Positions 40,331 through 49,352 of a stretch of 64,000 bases of DNA are shown here, piece by piece (the first letter of the stretch is position 1; each line of letters opens with the position of its first letter). The notes below the pieces were generated by a model. The model saw nothing but the letters and a program-made list of their open reading frames with translations. It was not told the DNA's origin and did not search any database. This DNA comes from a bacterium (GTDB taxonomy: Archaea > Thermoplasmatota > E2 > JACPAO01 > JAHFTW01). The DNA lies in the NCBI GenBank assembly GCA_040390065.1, contig JAZJZE010000001.1, positions 32,001 through 96,000 on the forward strand, given 5' to 3'. The translations under genes and the position numbers were made by a program.

Positions 40331-41677
40331 CTAGCCAAGTGGAGGTAGCCGGAACTCGGGACGCCCGCCGTCGCCGGCCAATTCCTTCCAGCCTCGGGGA
40401 ATCGGCTCGTCGAGGAGGGACAACACGAGTCCGCTGCGCAGCTTGGGCACGAAGTACGTGGCCTTCTGCGGCATCAGTTGGCCGGCTTCGGCAACATCCA
40501 GCACGGCGTCCACGGGTTCGGGAGGCAGCAGCACCGCGTACTGGCACAGGCCGGCTTCGATGTCATGCAACGCGGCGGCTGCGTCGCGCGCGTAGCGCAG
40601 GTGCTGCTCGGGTCGTTCCGGTGCGACGCCCCACGGGGCCAGCAGGAACTCGTGCACGCGCGTCACGGCCAACGTGGCAAGCCGACCGGGCGCCGCCGAC
40701 TTGGCAGACGGCTTGAGGGTCAACAGCTGCGCGCCGAGCCCGCCGTTTGCGCGCCCGACAACGATAGCCTTGCGCCCGTCGTCGAGGAGGCCCGTCAGGC
40801 GTTTCGCCTCGTACACCAAGTCCTTTCCAAGCGGCACCGTGACGGCGTCCCAGTTGCGGTCCAGGGCGGCTTGACGGGCCGCGTCGGCGTCACGGGGAAG
40901 TCCGTGCACCAAGCGGTGCGTCGCCTCGATGCGCAGCCCCGGGTCATTGTCGCGAACCAGGCAGACGAGGATCGACCCGTGCTCGGGCCGGCCCGTCGCG
41001 GCAAACTGCTCGAGGGCCGTTCGATAGCGGTGATGGCCGTCCGCGATGACCAATTCGCGGTCGTCGAACTGCGCTGTGATCTCGGTGACTGCCTCGTACC
41101 GGTCGACGCGCCACAACCGGTGCTCGGACCCAGCCTCGTCAGTGAACCGTGCCACCTCGTCGAAGGCGTTGGACTCCAGGAGTTCGTGCACCCAGCCGCG
41201 CGGGTCGCGGTACAGGAGCCAGATGGCTTCCACGTCGGTGCCCGTGGCCTCGCGCAGGTGCAGGCGGTCGCGTTTCGGGCGCTGCAGGGTGTGCTCGTGC
41301 GGGCGGACTTGTGTGCCCGTCGCGTCGAGTGCAAGCCGCGCGAAGAAGCCGGACATGGTGCGGCGATCATCCAGCGGGCCCGTCGTGACTTGGTAGAGAT
41401 AGAGCCCCGGTCGGGCGTCGCGAACCAGCACACCATTGTGCATCCACTCCCGCAGGTGCATGCCCGCGCGGGAGTACTTGCTCGGCGCCGCCGTGGTGTC
41501 GCCGTCGCCAGGTTCGGCGGGTGGTAGTGCGATGTGCAGGATGTTGTGCTCGTCGCCGCGGCGCAATCCATCTGCCTCGTCTGCGGTCACGCAATCATGC
41601 GGGGGGGACGTGGAGGTCGCGAGGTTGATGCGCGTCGGGGAATAACGCAAGGCCCGAAACGGCGCGATCGCGACCAC
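40331..41677 (-). CDS. DUF1015 family protein
   Basis: IAPFRALRY, PHEHTL..PK.DR, IADGHHRY.TA, MPQKATYFVPKL.SGL. Confidence 0.88.
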   Translation of the reverse strand: MVAIAPFRALRYSPTRINLATSTSPPHDCVTADEADGLRRGDEHNILHIALPPAEPGDGDTTAAPSKYSRAGMHLREWMHNGVLVRDARPGLYLYQVTTGPLDDRRTMSGFFARLALDATGTQVRPHEHTLQRPKRDRLHLREATGTDVEAIWLLYRDPRGWVHELLESNAFDEVARFTDEAGSEHRLWRVDRYEAVTEITAQFDDRELVIADGHHRYRTALEQFAATGRPEHGSILVCLVRDNDPGLRIEATHRLVHGLPRDADAARQAALDRNWDAVTVPLGKDLVYEAKRLTGLLDDGRKAIVVGRANGGLGAQLLTLKPSAKSAAPGRLATLAVTRVHEFLLAPWGVAPERPEQHLRYARDAAAALHDIEAGLCQYAVLLPPEPVDAVLDVAEAGQLMPQKATYFVPKLRSGLVLSLLDEPIPRGWKELAGDGGRPEFRLPPLG

Positions 41678-41719
41678 GCGTGGTCCACTGGCCCCGCCGT
41701 GATGAAGCCTCGCGTTCCG

Positions 41720-42262
41720 CTAACGAGTGAAGCTGCCGGCGTCGTTGGCCGGACCGACCACCGTCGTCCAGGCTCCTGCCAGGTGTTCGAGGCGGTAGCG
41801 GTGGTAGCGCTCCGTGTTCTGGAACGCCATGTCGGCGACGGCTGCGTCGTCGGTCTTGCGCACGGTGCACGGCACGCCGACGGCGAGGCTGCGGGGCGGG
41901 ACCTTGAAGTTCTGCGGCACGAGAGTCAGAGCGCCCACCACGGCACGCTCGCCGACGACGGCGCCGTTGAGCACCACTGCATTCATGCCGACCAGTGCGC
42001 GTTCGCCGATGGTGGCCCCGTGCACGACGGCGCCGTGGCCGATGGAGGCGTCGGGGCCAATGGTGACGGGGCTGCCGCGCTCCGTGTGCACGGTGCAGTT
42101 GTCCTGGATGTTGGAGCCGCGCCGCACCAGGATGGGTTCGATGTCACCGCGCAGCACGGCGTTGGGGCCGATGAAGCACTCCGCCTCGATCGTGACCTGG
42201 CCAATGACGACGGCGCCGGGGGCCAGGACGGAGGACGGATGGATCTTCGGTGCAACGGCCAC
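41720..42262 (-). CDS. Gamma carbonic anhydrase family (hexapeptide repeat) protein
   Basis: AVLRGD, NIQDNCTVH, IGHGAVVHG Zn-ligand pattern. Confidence 0.92.
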   Translation of the reverse strand: MAVAPKIHPSSVLAPGAVVIGQVTIEAECFIGPNAVLRGDIEPILVRRGSNIQDNCTVHTERGSPVTIGPDASIGHGAVVHGATIGERALVGMNAVVLNGAVVGERAVVGALTLVPQNFKVPPRSLAVGVPCTVRKTDDAAVADMAFQNTERYHRYRLEHLAGAWTTVVGPANDAGSFTR

Positions 42263-42299
42263 GGCGCGGGGACCGCCGGGCGTGTGAAAGTGCTTGCGC

Positions 42300-43265
42300 C
42301 TACGTGGGCTTCGCCGTCGTCATGCGCACGTCGAACTTGTGGCCTTGCGTGCAGACGACTTGGCCGAGACGGCCGGGCAGGACCTTGTGCGTGCACGTCG
42401 GGCACGTCGCCGTGCGGAAGAATCGGTCGAGCCACGCTTGGAACACCTCGGGCTCGTCGTGGTTGCTCTGCATGTGCTCCAGCACGCGCCGCGTCGCATC
42501 GTCGCGGGCAAAGGGCGCAAGCTTGGGCAGGTCCACCACGACGCGTCCTTCGCTGCGCCCGCCGGATGACACCCTGCGCAGCAGCAGGAATGAAAGCAGC
42601 ACGCCGAAGGCGAGTCCGCCGATGTGCGCCGCGTAGCCGACGCCGATATGCGCAAGCCCGCCCGGAAGCGCCGCCACGTTGACGATCTGCAGAAGCAGGA
42701 ACAGGCCGACGCCGAGCAGGACGGGGACTGGGATCATCATCATGATGACGAAGATGGGGACCGGAAGAGGCACCACCAGGCGCGGGTACTTGGCGGCAAA
42801 CGCTCCCATGATGGCTGCGATGGCGCCCGACGCGCCAAGGCCGATCCCCGTCGGCGTGAAGACGAACTGCACGAGGGTGGCTGCGATGCCGCCGAGGACG
42901 TAGATGGCGACGAAACGCCGGGCCCCGATGCGCTCCTCGAACGGCATGCCGAAGGCGTACAGGAAGATGCTGTTGCCCAGGATATGCAGCAGGTTTCCCG
43001 GGTCGTGCAGGAACATCGCCGTGAACGTCTGCAAGTACCCGATGGGTTGGTGGGTCGCCAGGTTGACGCCGTCGAAGGACAACTGCGTCGTCACGGCCGA
43101 CGCGGCGGCGTACGGGTCGGCCTTCGGCGCCGCGAGCTGCAGCACGAAGATGACGAGGTTCGCGATGAGAAGCGTCCCTGTGGCTACGAATTTCTTCGAC
43201 CATGCAATGCCGAGGGCGAGGACCATCACGGCGATGGCGGCCCAGGACCACGGCGAGAGGACCAT
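42300..43265 (-). CDS. Rhomboid protease with C-terminal soluble Zn-ribbon domain
   Basis: MFLH, HILGN, GASG, AHIGG; C-terminal CPTC...CTQGH. Confidence 0.88.
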   Translation of the reverse strand: MVLSPWSWAAIAVMVLALGIAWSKKFVATGTLLIANLVIFVLQLAAPKADPYAAASAVTTQLSFDGVNLATHQPIGYLQTFTAMFLHDPGNLLHILGNSIFLYAFGMPFEERIGARRFVAIYVLGGIAATLVQFVFTPTGIGLGASGAIAAIMGAFAAKYPRLVVPLPVPIFVIMMMIPVPVLLGVGLFLLLQIVNVAALPGGLAHIGVGYAAHIGGLAFGVLLSFLLLRRVSSGGRSEGRVVVDLPKLAPFARDDATRRVLEHMQSNHDEPEVFQAWLDRFFRTATCPTCTHKVLPGRLGQVVCTQGHKFDVRMTTAKPT

Positions 43266-44983
43266 TGACGCGCAGCCAGAGCCGTCGCCGCCAAAAGCAT
43301 TGGCCAAGAGGCGGACGGAATTGCGCCGACGTCACGGCCAATCACGGACGCATCGGGGCCCGGCACCTTGCCCTGCCAGTCCGTCTCGAAGAGGACACGG
43401 TACGCGTCGGCCACGCCCGGGCCGCGCAGGATGACGTCCACCTCTCTGTTGGCGGCGCGGCTGTGGTGGTTCCCGTTCATGCTCCCGACGACGACGGCGT
43501 CGTCGACGATGAGGCCCTTGTTGTGCAGAATGGCGATGCCGCGGCGGTCGAAGATGCGCGCCTCGGCACCAGGTACGCGCAGGGCGGCGAGGGCCGGCTC
43601 GTTTCCTGGGTCGGATGCAAACGGCGCGGCAGCTAGGACGCGGACGTGCACACCGCGCTGCGCTGCCTCGGAGAGGGCCGAGACAAGGGCGTCGTCCGCG
43701 TGCCATCCAAGCCTGTTGGCTGAGCCGGTTGCGAGTTCCAGCTCTTCCAGGTCAATTTCCTGGCGGGCTCCGCGCATGAGCGCAGCCACGGGGTCCGTGC
43801 GCGGGTCGGCCGTGTGGTCGGGCGACACGAGGGGCTGTACGCCGAAGTCGCCGCGAAGTTCCACAGGCGGCATGACGGGGCCGTACCCGCCCGAGCGCGG
43901 CGCCACTCGTGGGGGCGCCACAAACAGTGCGTCGTAAGAGTGCAGGTCGAAAGCGTCGACATCCCAAGAGCTCCGGTCTTGCGCCATCCACGTCGCGAAC
44001 CAGTCGGCTGCCGCCGTGTCATGCAGGACGACGCCCCAGCCGCGATTTCCCCAGGTGGGGTCCTCGGGCACGCCCGACTCGACCCAGTTCTCCGATTGAA
44101 CGGAGACGGCGTCGTCGGCGACGAGGACCTTGAGGTGATGGTCGTCGTACCGGCCGCGCCCAGCCAGCACGACCGTTCCGCCGGCGCCTTGGATGCGGCG
44201 CAGCGCGTCGGCAGTGGCGTGGCGTTCGGGCGCCGTCATGCCCACGGGGGCGGCCTCGACGAGGACTTGCAAGTCGAGCGCGGGGTGGGCCTGCTTGGCG
44301 GCGACCAGGGCGTCCACGAGCGCTGCCGAGCGCAGTTCGTACACGTGCAAGTGCAACCGCCTCTCGGCGCTTTGGACGAGGTGCGTGAGGACACTAAAGC
44401 TGCTGTCCGGCGAAGCGTAGAGAGTCAGCGTGTGCACCGTGAATGTGGGGGGGTCAATGGTCGATTCGCCGATGCGGTGCACCCTTGGCGTCACCCAATC
44501 GCCATCGCTGCCGGTGTCAATCCACTGGCCAGCCAGGCGGTCGCGCTCGAAGACGAGTCCGGGCGACGACACGTTGAGCCCGCTTCCCGGGCCCCACGCG
44601 ACCGAGTCGACCACGGTGCCGCGGAGGTCGACCAAGCGCAAGGCGTCGCCGCCGTTGGCCAGCTGAAGGCGAGAATCGGTCCAGACGAACTGTGCTGGCG
44701 GACCGTCAAAGGCCGACCAGGCCGTGCGATTTGCGACGACCCAAACCATTTCGCCACTCCCAACAACGCTCCCTGCGGGGAACGCGAACAAGCCCTTCCC
44801 GTCCGTGACCGACCAACCCGAAAGATCGCCCCCATCGTTGCTTCCGACCGCGAAGCCCTCATCCCCAGGCCCCGTGCCGGGCAAGTCCGGCACGACGGCG
44901 ACCAGCATCGGGTGTGCCGAAGCGCCGGGCACGACGAGCAGGAACGCGACAAGCCAACGCATTGGTCGAGGCAGCGCCTCCAT
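43226..44983 (-). CDS. Secreted phospholipase D superfamily protein with lamin-tail-like N-domain
   Basis: Two HKD motifs (HLKVLVADD, HNKGLIVDD), SEN/GSMN motifs, DLSGWSVTD...L.NGGD.LRL lamin-tail pattern, signal peptide. Confidence 0.87.
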   Translation of the reverse strand: MEALPRPMRWLVAFLLVVPGASAHPMLVAVVPDLPGTGPGDEGFAVGSNDGGDLSGWSVTDGKGLFAFPAGSVVGSGEMVWVVANRTAWSAFDGPPAQFVWTDSRLQLANGGDALRLVDLRGTVVDSVAWGPGSGLNVSSPGLVFERDRLAGQWIDTGSDGDWVTPRVHRIGESTIDPPTFTVHTLTLYASPDSSFSVLTHLVQSAERRLHLHVYELRSAALVDALVAAKQAHPALDLQVLVEAAPVGMTAPERHATADALRRIQGAGGTVVLAGRGRYDDHHLKVLVADDAVSVQSENWVESGVPEDPTWGNRGWGVVLHDTAAADWFATWMAQDRSSWDVDAFDLHSYDALFVAPPRVAPRSGGYGPVMPPVELRGDFGVQPLVSPDHTADPRTDPVAALMRGARQEIDLEELELATGSANRLGWHADDALVSALSEAAQRGVHVRVLAAAPFASDPGNEPALAALRVPGAEARIFDRRGIAILHNKGLIVDDAVVVGSMNGNHHSRAANREVDVILRGPGVADAYRVLFETDWQGKVPGPDASVIGRDVGAIPSASWPMLLAATALAARQWSSRRGPGPPSP

Positions 44984-45079
44984 GCCTTAGCCTGCGTCGG
45001 CCAGAGGTTGGTGAAGCCACGGCAGTCGTACATCCGGACGACGAAGCGTTGAAACCTTGGCGCGTGTGGGGAATCTGCT

Positions 45080-45155
45080 GCGCTCGTAGTCTAGCTTGGA
45101 TTCAGGCACCGGCCTCCTAAGCCGGACCACGTGGGTTCGAATCCCACCGGGCGCG
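45080..45155 (+). tRNA. tRNA-Arg(CCT)
   Basis: Acceptor GCGCTCG/CGGGCGC, anticodon arm CCGGC-CTCCTAA-GCCGG, T arm GTGGG-TTCGAAT-CCCAC; no encoded CCA. Confidence 0.93.
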
Positions 45156-45309
45156 TACAGGCCGCGCGAAGCGCCGGCCGGGTCGCGGCGTGGTGGATTC
45201 GAGCCCACAGCCCGCCGAGCGGCGAGCATGGCGATGCCGCAGGTCGGCGGACCGGGCGGCCCGACTCGTTCGGGCCGCGCGGGGTGGGTTCGAATCCCAC
45301 CGGGCGCGT
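45131..45309 (+). repeat. Duplicated tRNA 3' end (att-like)
   Basis: GTGGGTTCGAATCCCACCGGGCGCGT at 45131-45156 and 45284-45309; degenerate GTGGATTCGAGCCCAC at 45193-45208. Confidence 0.9.
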
Positions 45310-45366
45310 CGCCGATTCGAACCTGGAACTCCGCCGTCGGGTTTGACCCAATCGAAGGCTTGGTTG

Positions 45367-45777
45367 CTACGAGCTGGTGGCCAGCGCGGCGGCCCTCGCC
45401 ACCTCGCGCCGCACGTTGCGTGGCACGACCAAGGGGGAGATGAGGCCGAGGACGCCGCGTGGCGTGAACTCGACTTCCTTCCGATACCGCGTGCCGTCGC
45501 CTTGGGTCGCAAAGGTCGTGGTCACTCGGGCGTCGCCGAAGGCATTGTGGACGGCCACGATGAAGCGCGCAGGCAAACCGTTCTCCAGCACTTTCTCGTC
45601 GAAGCGGAACGGCCCCATGCGGAATGTCAGGATTCCATCCACATGCGGGTAGCCCTCGGACGGCGCTACGCCCTTGGCACCGGCGAACCAGCGCGGCAGA
45701 TTGGTCGGATCGAGGATGACGTTGGCGCAGTGACGTGGGTCACGGGGAATGAACGCTTCCGCCTCGTACTTCTTCAC
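45367..45777 (-). CDS. SRPBCC/START-like protein
   Basis: LDPTNLPRWF, beta-rich core, GDGTRY, C-terminal helix; GTG start inferred. Confidence 0.72.
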   Translation of the reverse strand: MKKYEAEAFIPRDPRHCANVILDPTNLPRWFAGAKGVAPSEGYPHVDGILTFRMGPFRFDEKVLENGLPARFIVAVHNAFGDARVTTTFATQGDGTRYRKEVEFTPRGVLGLISPLVVPRNVRREVARAAALATSS

Positions 45778-45895
45778 GGACCGTGCAGTAGAGGCATCTG
45801 GTTGTAGCCTTCGGCAGGCCGCGCATCGCCTTCGCAGGGCGGCGCCTCCCACGGCCCCATGTCTGTCGCAGTGCGAGGAATCGATTCTGGAGCGG

Positions 45896-46744
45896 TCAGC
45901 CGTACAGGCGCCGGGGGAGTTCGTCGTGCATCTGCCACGCCTGCTTCTCGCTCATCTCTCCGCTTGCGAGGAGCCCCTTCGTCCGCTTCGGGACCGTGTC
46001 GCAGGGCATGACGACGTTGGGGCGCGTGGGCTCGTCGATGTAGTCGGTCTCGAGCATGAAGCGGGCCGGGCCGCCTGCAACCTTCGCAAGGGCGGCATGG
46101 ATGTTGCTGCGGCCGGCGATGATGGAAGGCACCAACCCGTGGACTTCGTCGTCGAGAACGAGGGGGCCGCAGTAATGCTTGATGACGCGGTCCCGTGCCA
46201 GGCCAGCCTTGTCGGCCATGGCGGCGAACTCCGCCATCGTTTCCGGTTCGGCGTGTTCCGTGTGCAGCATGACGGGGACGCCGGCCTCCTTCGCCGTCGT
46301 CATGCCGTAGAGGAGAAGCTCGTTGTTGTGGGCTTGCACGTCGGGCGCCACGGCGAAGTGGGCGCGGCCGATCTCGCCCATGCAGACTGCTTGCCCGTCG
46401 GCGCACAGCCGCGCAGCGACGTCGAAGCAGGCCCTGCCAAACTCTGCCGCTGCCGGCCAGCCTTGTGCCTCCGCAATCCGCATCGGCTCTAGCGGGTACG
46501 GCCCAAGGACGGTGTACACGGTGCAGCCGGTCTCGTCGCGGATGCGGCGTCCGAATACGACGTGGTCCAGGCACGAGCGCTCGAACTCGGCCACCGTCGC
46601 AGGATAGGTTGGGAGACGCACGTGAGCGATGCTCGTCCCCCCGGCGGCCATGAATTCCCGGACGGCCCCCAGACCCTTCCAGCCATCGGGCCGACAGTGG
46701 AAGTGGTTGTCGTGGATGGGGATGGTCGCCGTGAGCCCCTGCAC
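45896..46744 (-). CDS. TatD-like metal-dependent hydrolase
   Basis: DNHFH, GEIGRAHF, MLHTE, IKHY, FMLETDYID. Confidence 0.88.
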   Translation of the reverse strand: MQGLTATIPIHDNHFHCRPDGWKGLGAVREFMAAGGTSIAHVRLPTYPATVAEFERSCLDHVVFGRRIRDETGCTVYTVLGPYPLEPMRIAEAQGWPAAAEFGRACFDVAARLCADGQAVCMGEIGRAHFAVAPDVQAHNNELLLYGMTTAKEAGVPVMLHTEHAEPETMAEFAAMADKAGLARDRVIKHYCGPLVLDDEVHGLVPSIIAGRSNIHAALAKVAGGPARFMLETDYIDEPTRPNVVMPCDTVPKRTKGLLASGEMSEKQAWQMHDELPRRLYG

Positions 46745-46796
46745 ATCTAGCCGACGCGCGGGAGCCAGAAGAAGCAGTCGGCCGACCGATCGTTTC

Positions 46797-46860
46797 GGGA
46801 GGTCCGGGGGCGGAAACGCCCCCGGCGGGGGGAAGGGGGCGAGGGCGGCGCCCCCCGCAG
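46797..46860. repeat. GC-rich REP-like hairpin
   Basis: CCGGGGGCG-GAAA-CGCCCCCGG at 46804-46825 followed by a second G/C-run hairpin. Confidence 0.55.
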
Positions 46861-46933
46861 GCCGGCCAAAGCGCCAGCCGATTTTGCGGCTGAAGGATAA
46901 ACCCTAAACCATCGCCTTTCCTGGGACACGGCG

Positions 46934-48064
46934 ATGAAGACCCTCGCGGCGACGGCAATCCTCCTGTGTGGCGCCCTGATGTCGGCGCTGCCGGCGCAGG
47001 CCCACAACGGCCATCAGTCCATCGACCTCCTGAGCCCGGATCCGCTTGCTGGGGACTACACCATGACGGTGCACGTCGACGGCGTGACCCTGACGGACGA
47101 TTTCGCCGACCCCGACGATGACTCCGGCCATCTCTTGTACGGCCTCAACCAGGCGCCCTGCAACGGCTCCTGCTCCAATGGCCAACCCTACGAGACGGCA
47201 AACGAGACATTCACCTTCTACGACCTCAAGGTCGGGGACATCATCGTCGCCGTCGTCGTCCACGGCAACGGCACGGACTTCGAGCCGCCCGTCTTCATCG
47301 TCCGCGCGGTGCGCAACGTCAACCAGCAGGGTGATGCGGTGCGCTTGGCCATCAATGGGACGGCGCCGCACCCCGGCGTGCCCAATCCTGGTCAGTACAC
47401 GATGGACGTCGTCCCCATCGGCGTCGAGTTGGTGCAGCCCGGCATCGCCGAGGACACCCGCGGCGAAGGGCACCTCCTGTACACCCTCAACGGCCAGGCT
47501 TGCGTCGACCCCTGCTCGACGGAGCCGGCGGAAACGACGAGCACGACGTTCACCTTCCATGACCTCCAGGTCGGCGACGTCGTGGGCGTCGAACTCCTCA
47601 ACAACCACGGCTCCCCCTTCTACCCGGCTGTCAAGAGGTTGCAAGCCGTGGCCGCCCCGAGCCTGCAAGTCGTGACCTCCGGCCCACACGAGGGGGCCTC
47701 CTACAAGATGACGGTGCACGTCTCGGCGTTTACGCTCGTCGCCGCCGCCAAGGCCGGGCCCAACAACGCTGGGGCCGGCCACATCCACTATCTCGTCAAG
47801 CCGAAGGACGCCGCCGACTTCAAGCCGGCTTCCGGCGATTCGGATACGGTCGACACGAGTTTCACCTTCCGGGACCTGCACGAAGGCGATACGGTAGCCG
47901 CTGAACTCGTCGCCAACGACCACGGCCACCTCGCAACCCAAGTCCTGCGCTCGCAGATCGTCGGGCCCGCCGAGGAAAAGGACCCCCTCGCTCCCGGCGT
48001 CGGCCCCATCCTCGTCTTGGTCCTGCTCGGCGCGGCCTTCGTCGCCCGGTCCCGGCGCGCGTAG
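46934..48064 (+). CDS. Secreted protein with three tandem GH(L/I)(L/H)Y beta-sandwich repeats and sorting signal
   Basis: AQA|HNGH start; three repeats Y.M.V...GH..Y...TFTF.DL..GD; APG-TM-RSRR tail. Confidence 0.8.
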   Translation: MKTLAATAILLCGALMSALPAQAHNGHQSIDLLSPDPLAGDYTMTVHVDGVTLTDDFADPDDDSGHLLYGLNQAPCNGSCSNGQPYETANETFTFYDLKVGDIIVAVVVHGNGTDFEPPVFIVRAVRNVNQQGDAVRLAINGTAPHPGVPNPGQYTMDVVPIGVELVQPGIAEDTRGEGHLLYTLNGQACVDPCSTEPAETTSTTFTFHDLQVGDVVGVELLNNHGSPFYPAVKRLQAVAAPSLQVVTSGPHEGASYKMTVHVSAFTLVAAAKAGPNNAGAGHIHYLVKPKDAADFKPASGDSDTVDTSFTFRDLHEGDTVAAELVANDHGHLATQVLRSQIVGPAEEKDPLAPGVGPILVLVLLGAAFVARSRRA

Positions 48065-48065
48065 C

Positions 48066-48545
48066 ATGTCTCGCGTCCTCGTCGTGGCGATGCTTGCCTG
48101 CCTTGCCGCCGTGCCCGTCACGCAGGCTGAGTCGAGTGTGACGTTGCGCGTCACCGCCCATGACGGCGGGAGCGAGTCATGGTTCGAGGTGGAAGGCTAT
48201 TCTGGCCGCAACCCCGAGCTGCACGTTGACCCCGGGGCGTCCGTCACAATCATCCTCGACAACAACGGCAGCAACCCGCACGGCTTCACGGTCGGCGTCT
48301 TGGGAGGCGTGAAGTGTTGCGTCGCCCCGGGAGCCACGGGAACCGGACAATTCATCGCCCCCGTCTCCGACACGGCGCTCACGTACAACTGTCCAATCCA
48401 CGACCTCATGCGTGGGACGATTGTCGTCGGCGCCGGTTCCGACAAGGGCACTCCGCTTCCCGTCTGGATTCTGCCCGTCGCGTTGGCGTTGGCCCTCACC
48501 ATCCGCAAACCCTTTGGCGCACGCCTGCGTCGCCAGGGACAATGA
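48066..48545 (+). CDS. Cupredoxin with C-terminal membrane anchor
   Basis: NPHGF ... YNCPIHDLMRGTI type-1 Cu ligands; TP-TM-RK tail. Confidence 0.85.
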   Translation: MSRVLVVAMLACLAAVPVTQAESSVTLRVTAHDGGSESWFEVEGYSGRNPELHVDPGASVTIILDNNGSNPHGFTVGVLGGVKCCVAPGATGTGQFIAPVSDTALTYNCPIHDLMRGTIVVGAGSDKGTPLPVWILPVALALALTIRKPFGARLRRQGQ

Positions 48546-48922
48546 AGGCCCTTTTCGCCCTCGGTCTCGTCTGCGCCGCCGTCGCCGGTTGCAGTGGCGC
48601 GTCGTCCGGTCCGGTCACACCGCCCATGGAGATGGGCGCCTATGCCATCCACATGCTGGCCGGGAACCACTTCTCGCCGGCGGACGCCAAGGTGCCCGCG
48701 AACTCGACGGTCATGTGGGTCGCGCAGGAAGGCATCAACCACGACGTCACGGATTCGGACCACAGCTCGAGCGACTCCGCCTACTGGAGCTCCGACAAGA
48801 CGCTCGGCCACAAGATGAGCGGCTCGATGATGTACGAGAAACTGTTCCTGACGCCAGGTGTGTACCACTACTACTGCACCATCCACGGCCAGGCCATGTC
48901 GGGCACGATCACCGTCGAGTGA
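48542..48922 (+). CDS. Plastocyanin/halocyanin-like cupredoxin lipoprotein
   Basis: Lipobox VAGC; NHDV ... YYCTIHGQAMSGTI. Confidence 0.88.
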   Translation: MKALFALGLVCAAVAGCSGASSGPVTPPMEMGAYAIHMLAGNHFSPADAKVPANSTVMWVAQEGINHDVTDSDHSSSDSAYWSSDKTLGHKMSGSMMYEKLFLTPGVYHYYCTIHGQAMSGTITVE

Positions 48923-48927
48923 CATCG

Positions 48928-49302
48928 ATGCGCGTGGCAACCGCCCTGATTCCACTGCTTCTGCTCGCGCTCGCAGGCTGCGGCGCCCCCGACAGCGGGA
49001 CCGACCTCGTGAAGCTCACCAACGGGCACTACCGCATCGCCATCAACCCGACGAACACCTTCGATCCACCGCACGCCCACGTCCCCGTCGGCGCCACCGT
49101 CGAATGGTTGGACAACGGCGGCCAGCATGACGTCACGGAGGACTCGACGCCGCCGCTTTGGTCGTCGTCGCAGTACGGCAACGGCACCGCCCTGGAATTT
49201 GGCGAGACCTACCTGCACACGTTCAACGAGGCCGGGACATGGCACTATCGCTGCACGATCCACGGCGGCATGGGCATGGTCGGTGCCATCACCGTGGGAT
49301 AG
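48928..49302 (+). CDS. Plastocyanin/halocyanin-like cupredoxin lipoprotein
   Basis: Lipobox LAGC; QHDV ... YRCTIHGGMGMVGAI. Confidence 0.88.
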   Translation: MRVATALIPLLLLALAGCGAPDSGTDLVKLTNGHYRIAINPTNTFDPPHAHVPVGATVEWLDNGGQHDVTEDSTPPLWSSSQYGNGTALEFGETYLHTFNEAGTWHYRCTIHGGMGMVGAITVG

Positions 49303-49352
49303 GGCTGGCTCCAAAGTCCCCTTTTTGAACCCCCTGCCCTTGGGAAAGAGCG

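Noticed and set aside
45230-45309. Second tRNA gene
   Set aside because: Only the T-arm and 3' acceptor strand are duplicated; no matching 5' half, D arm or anticodon arm
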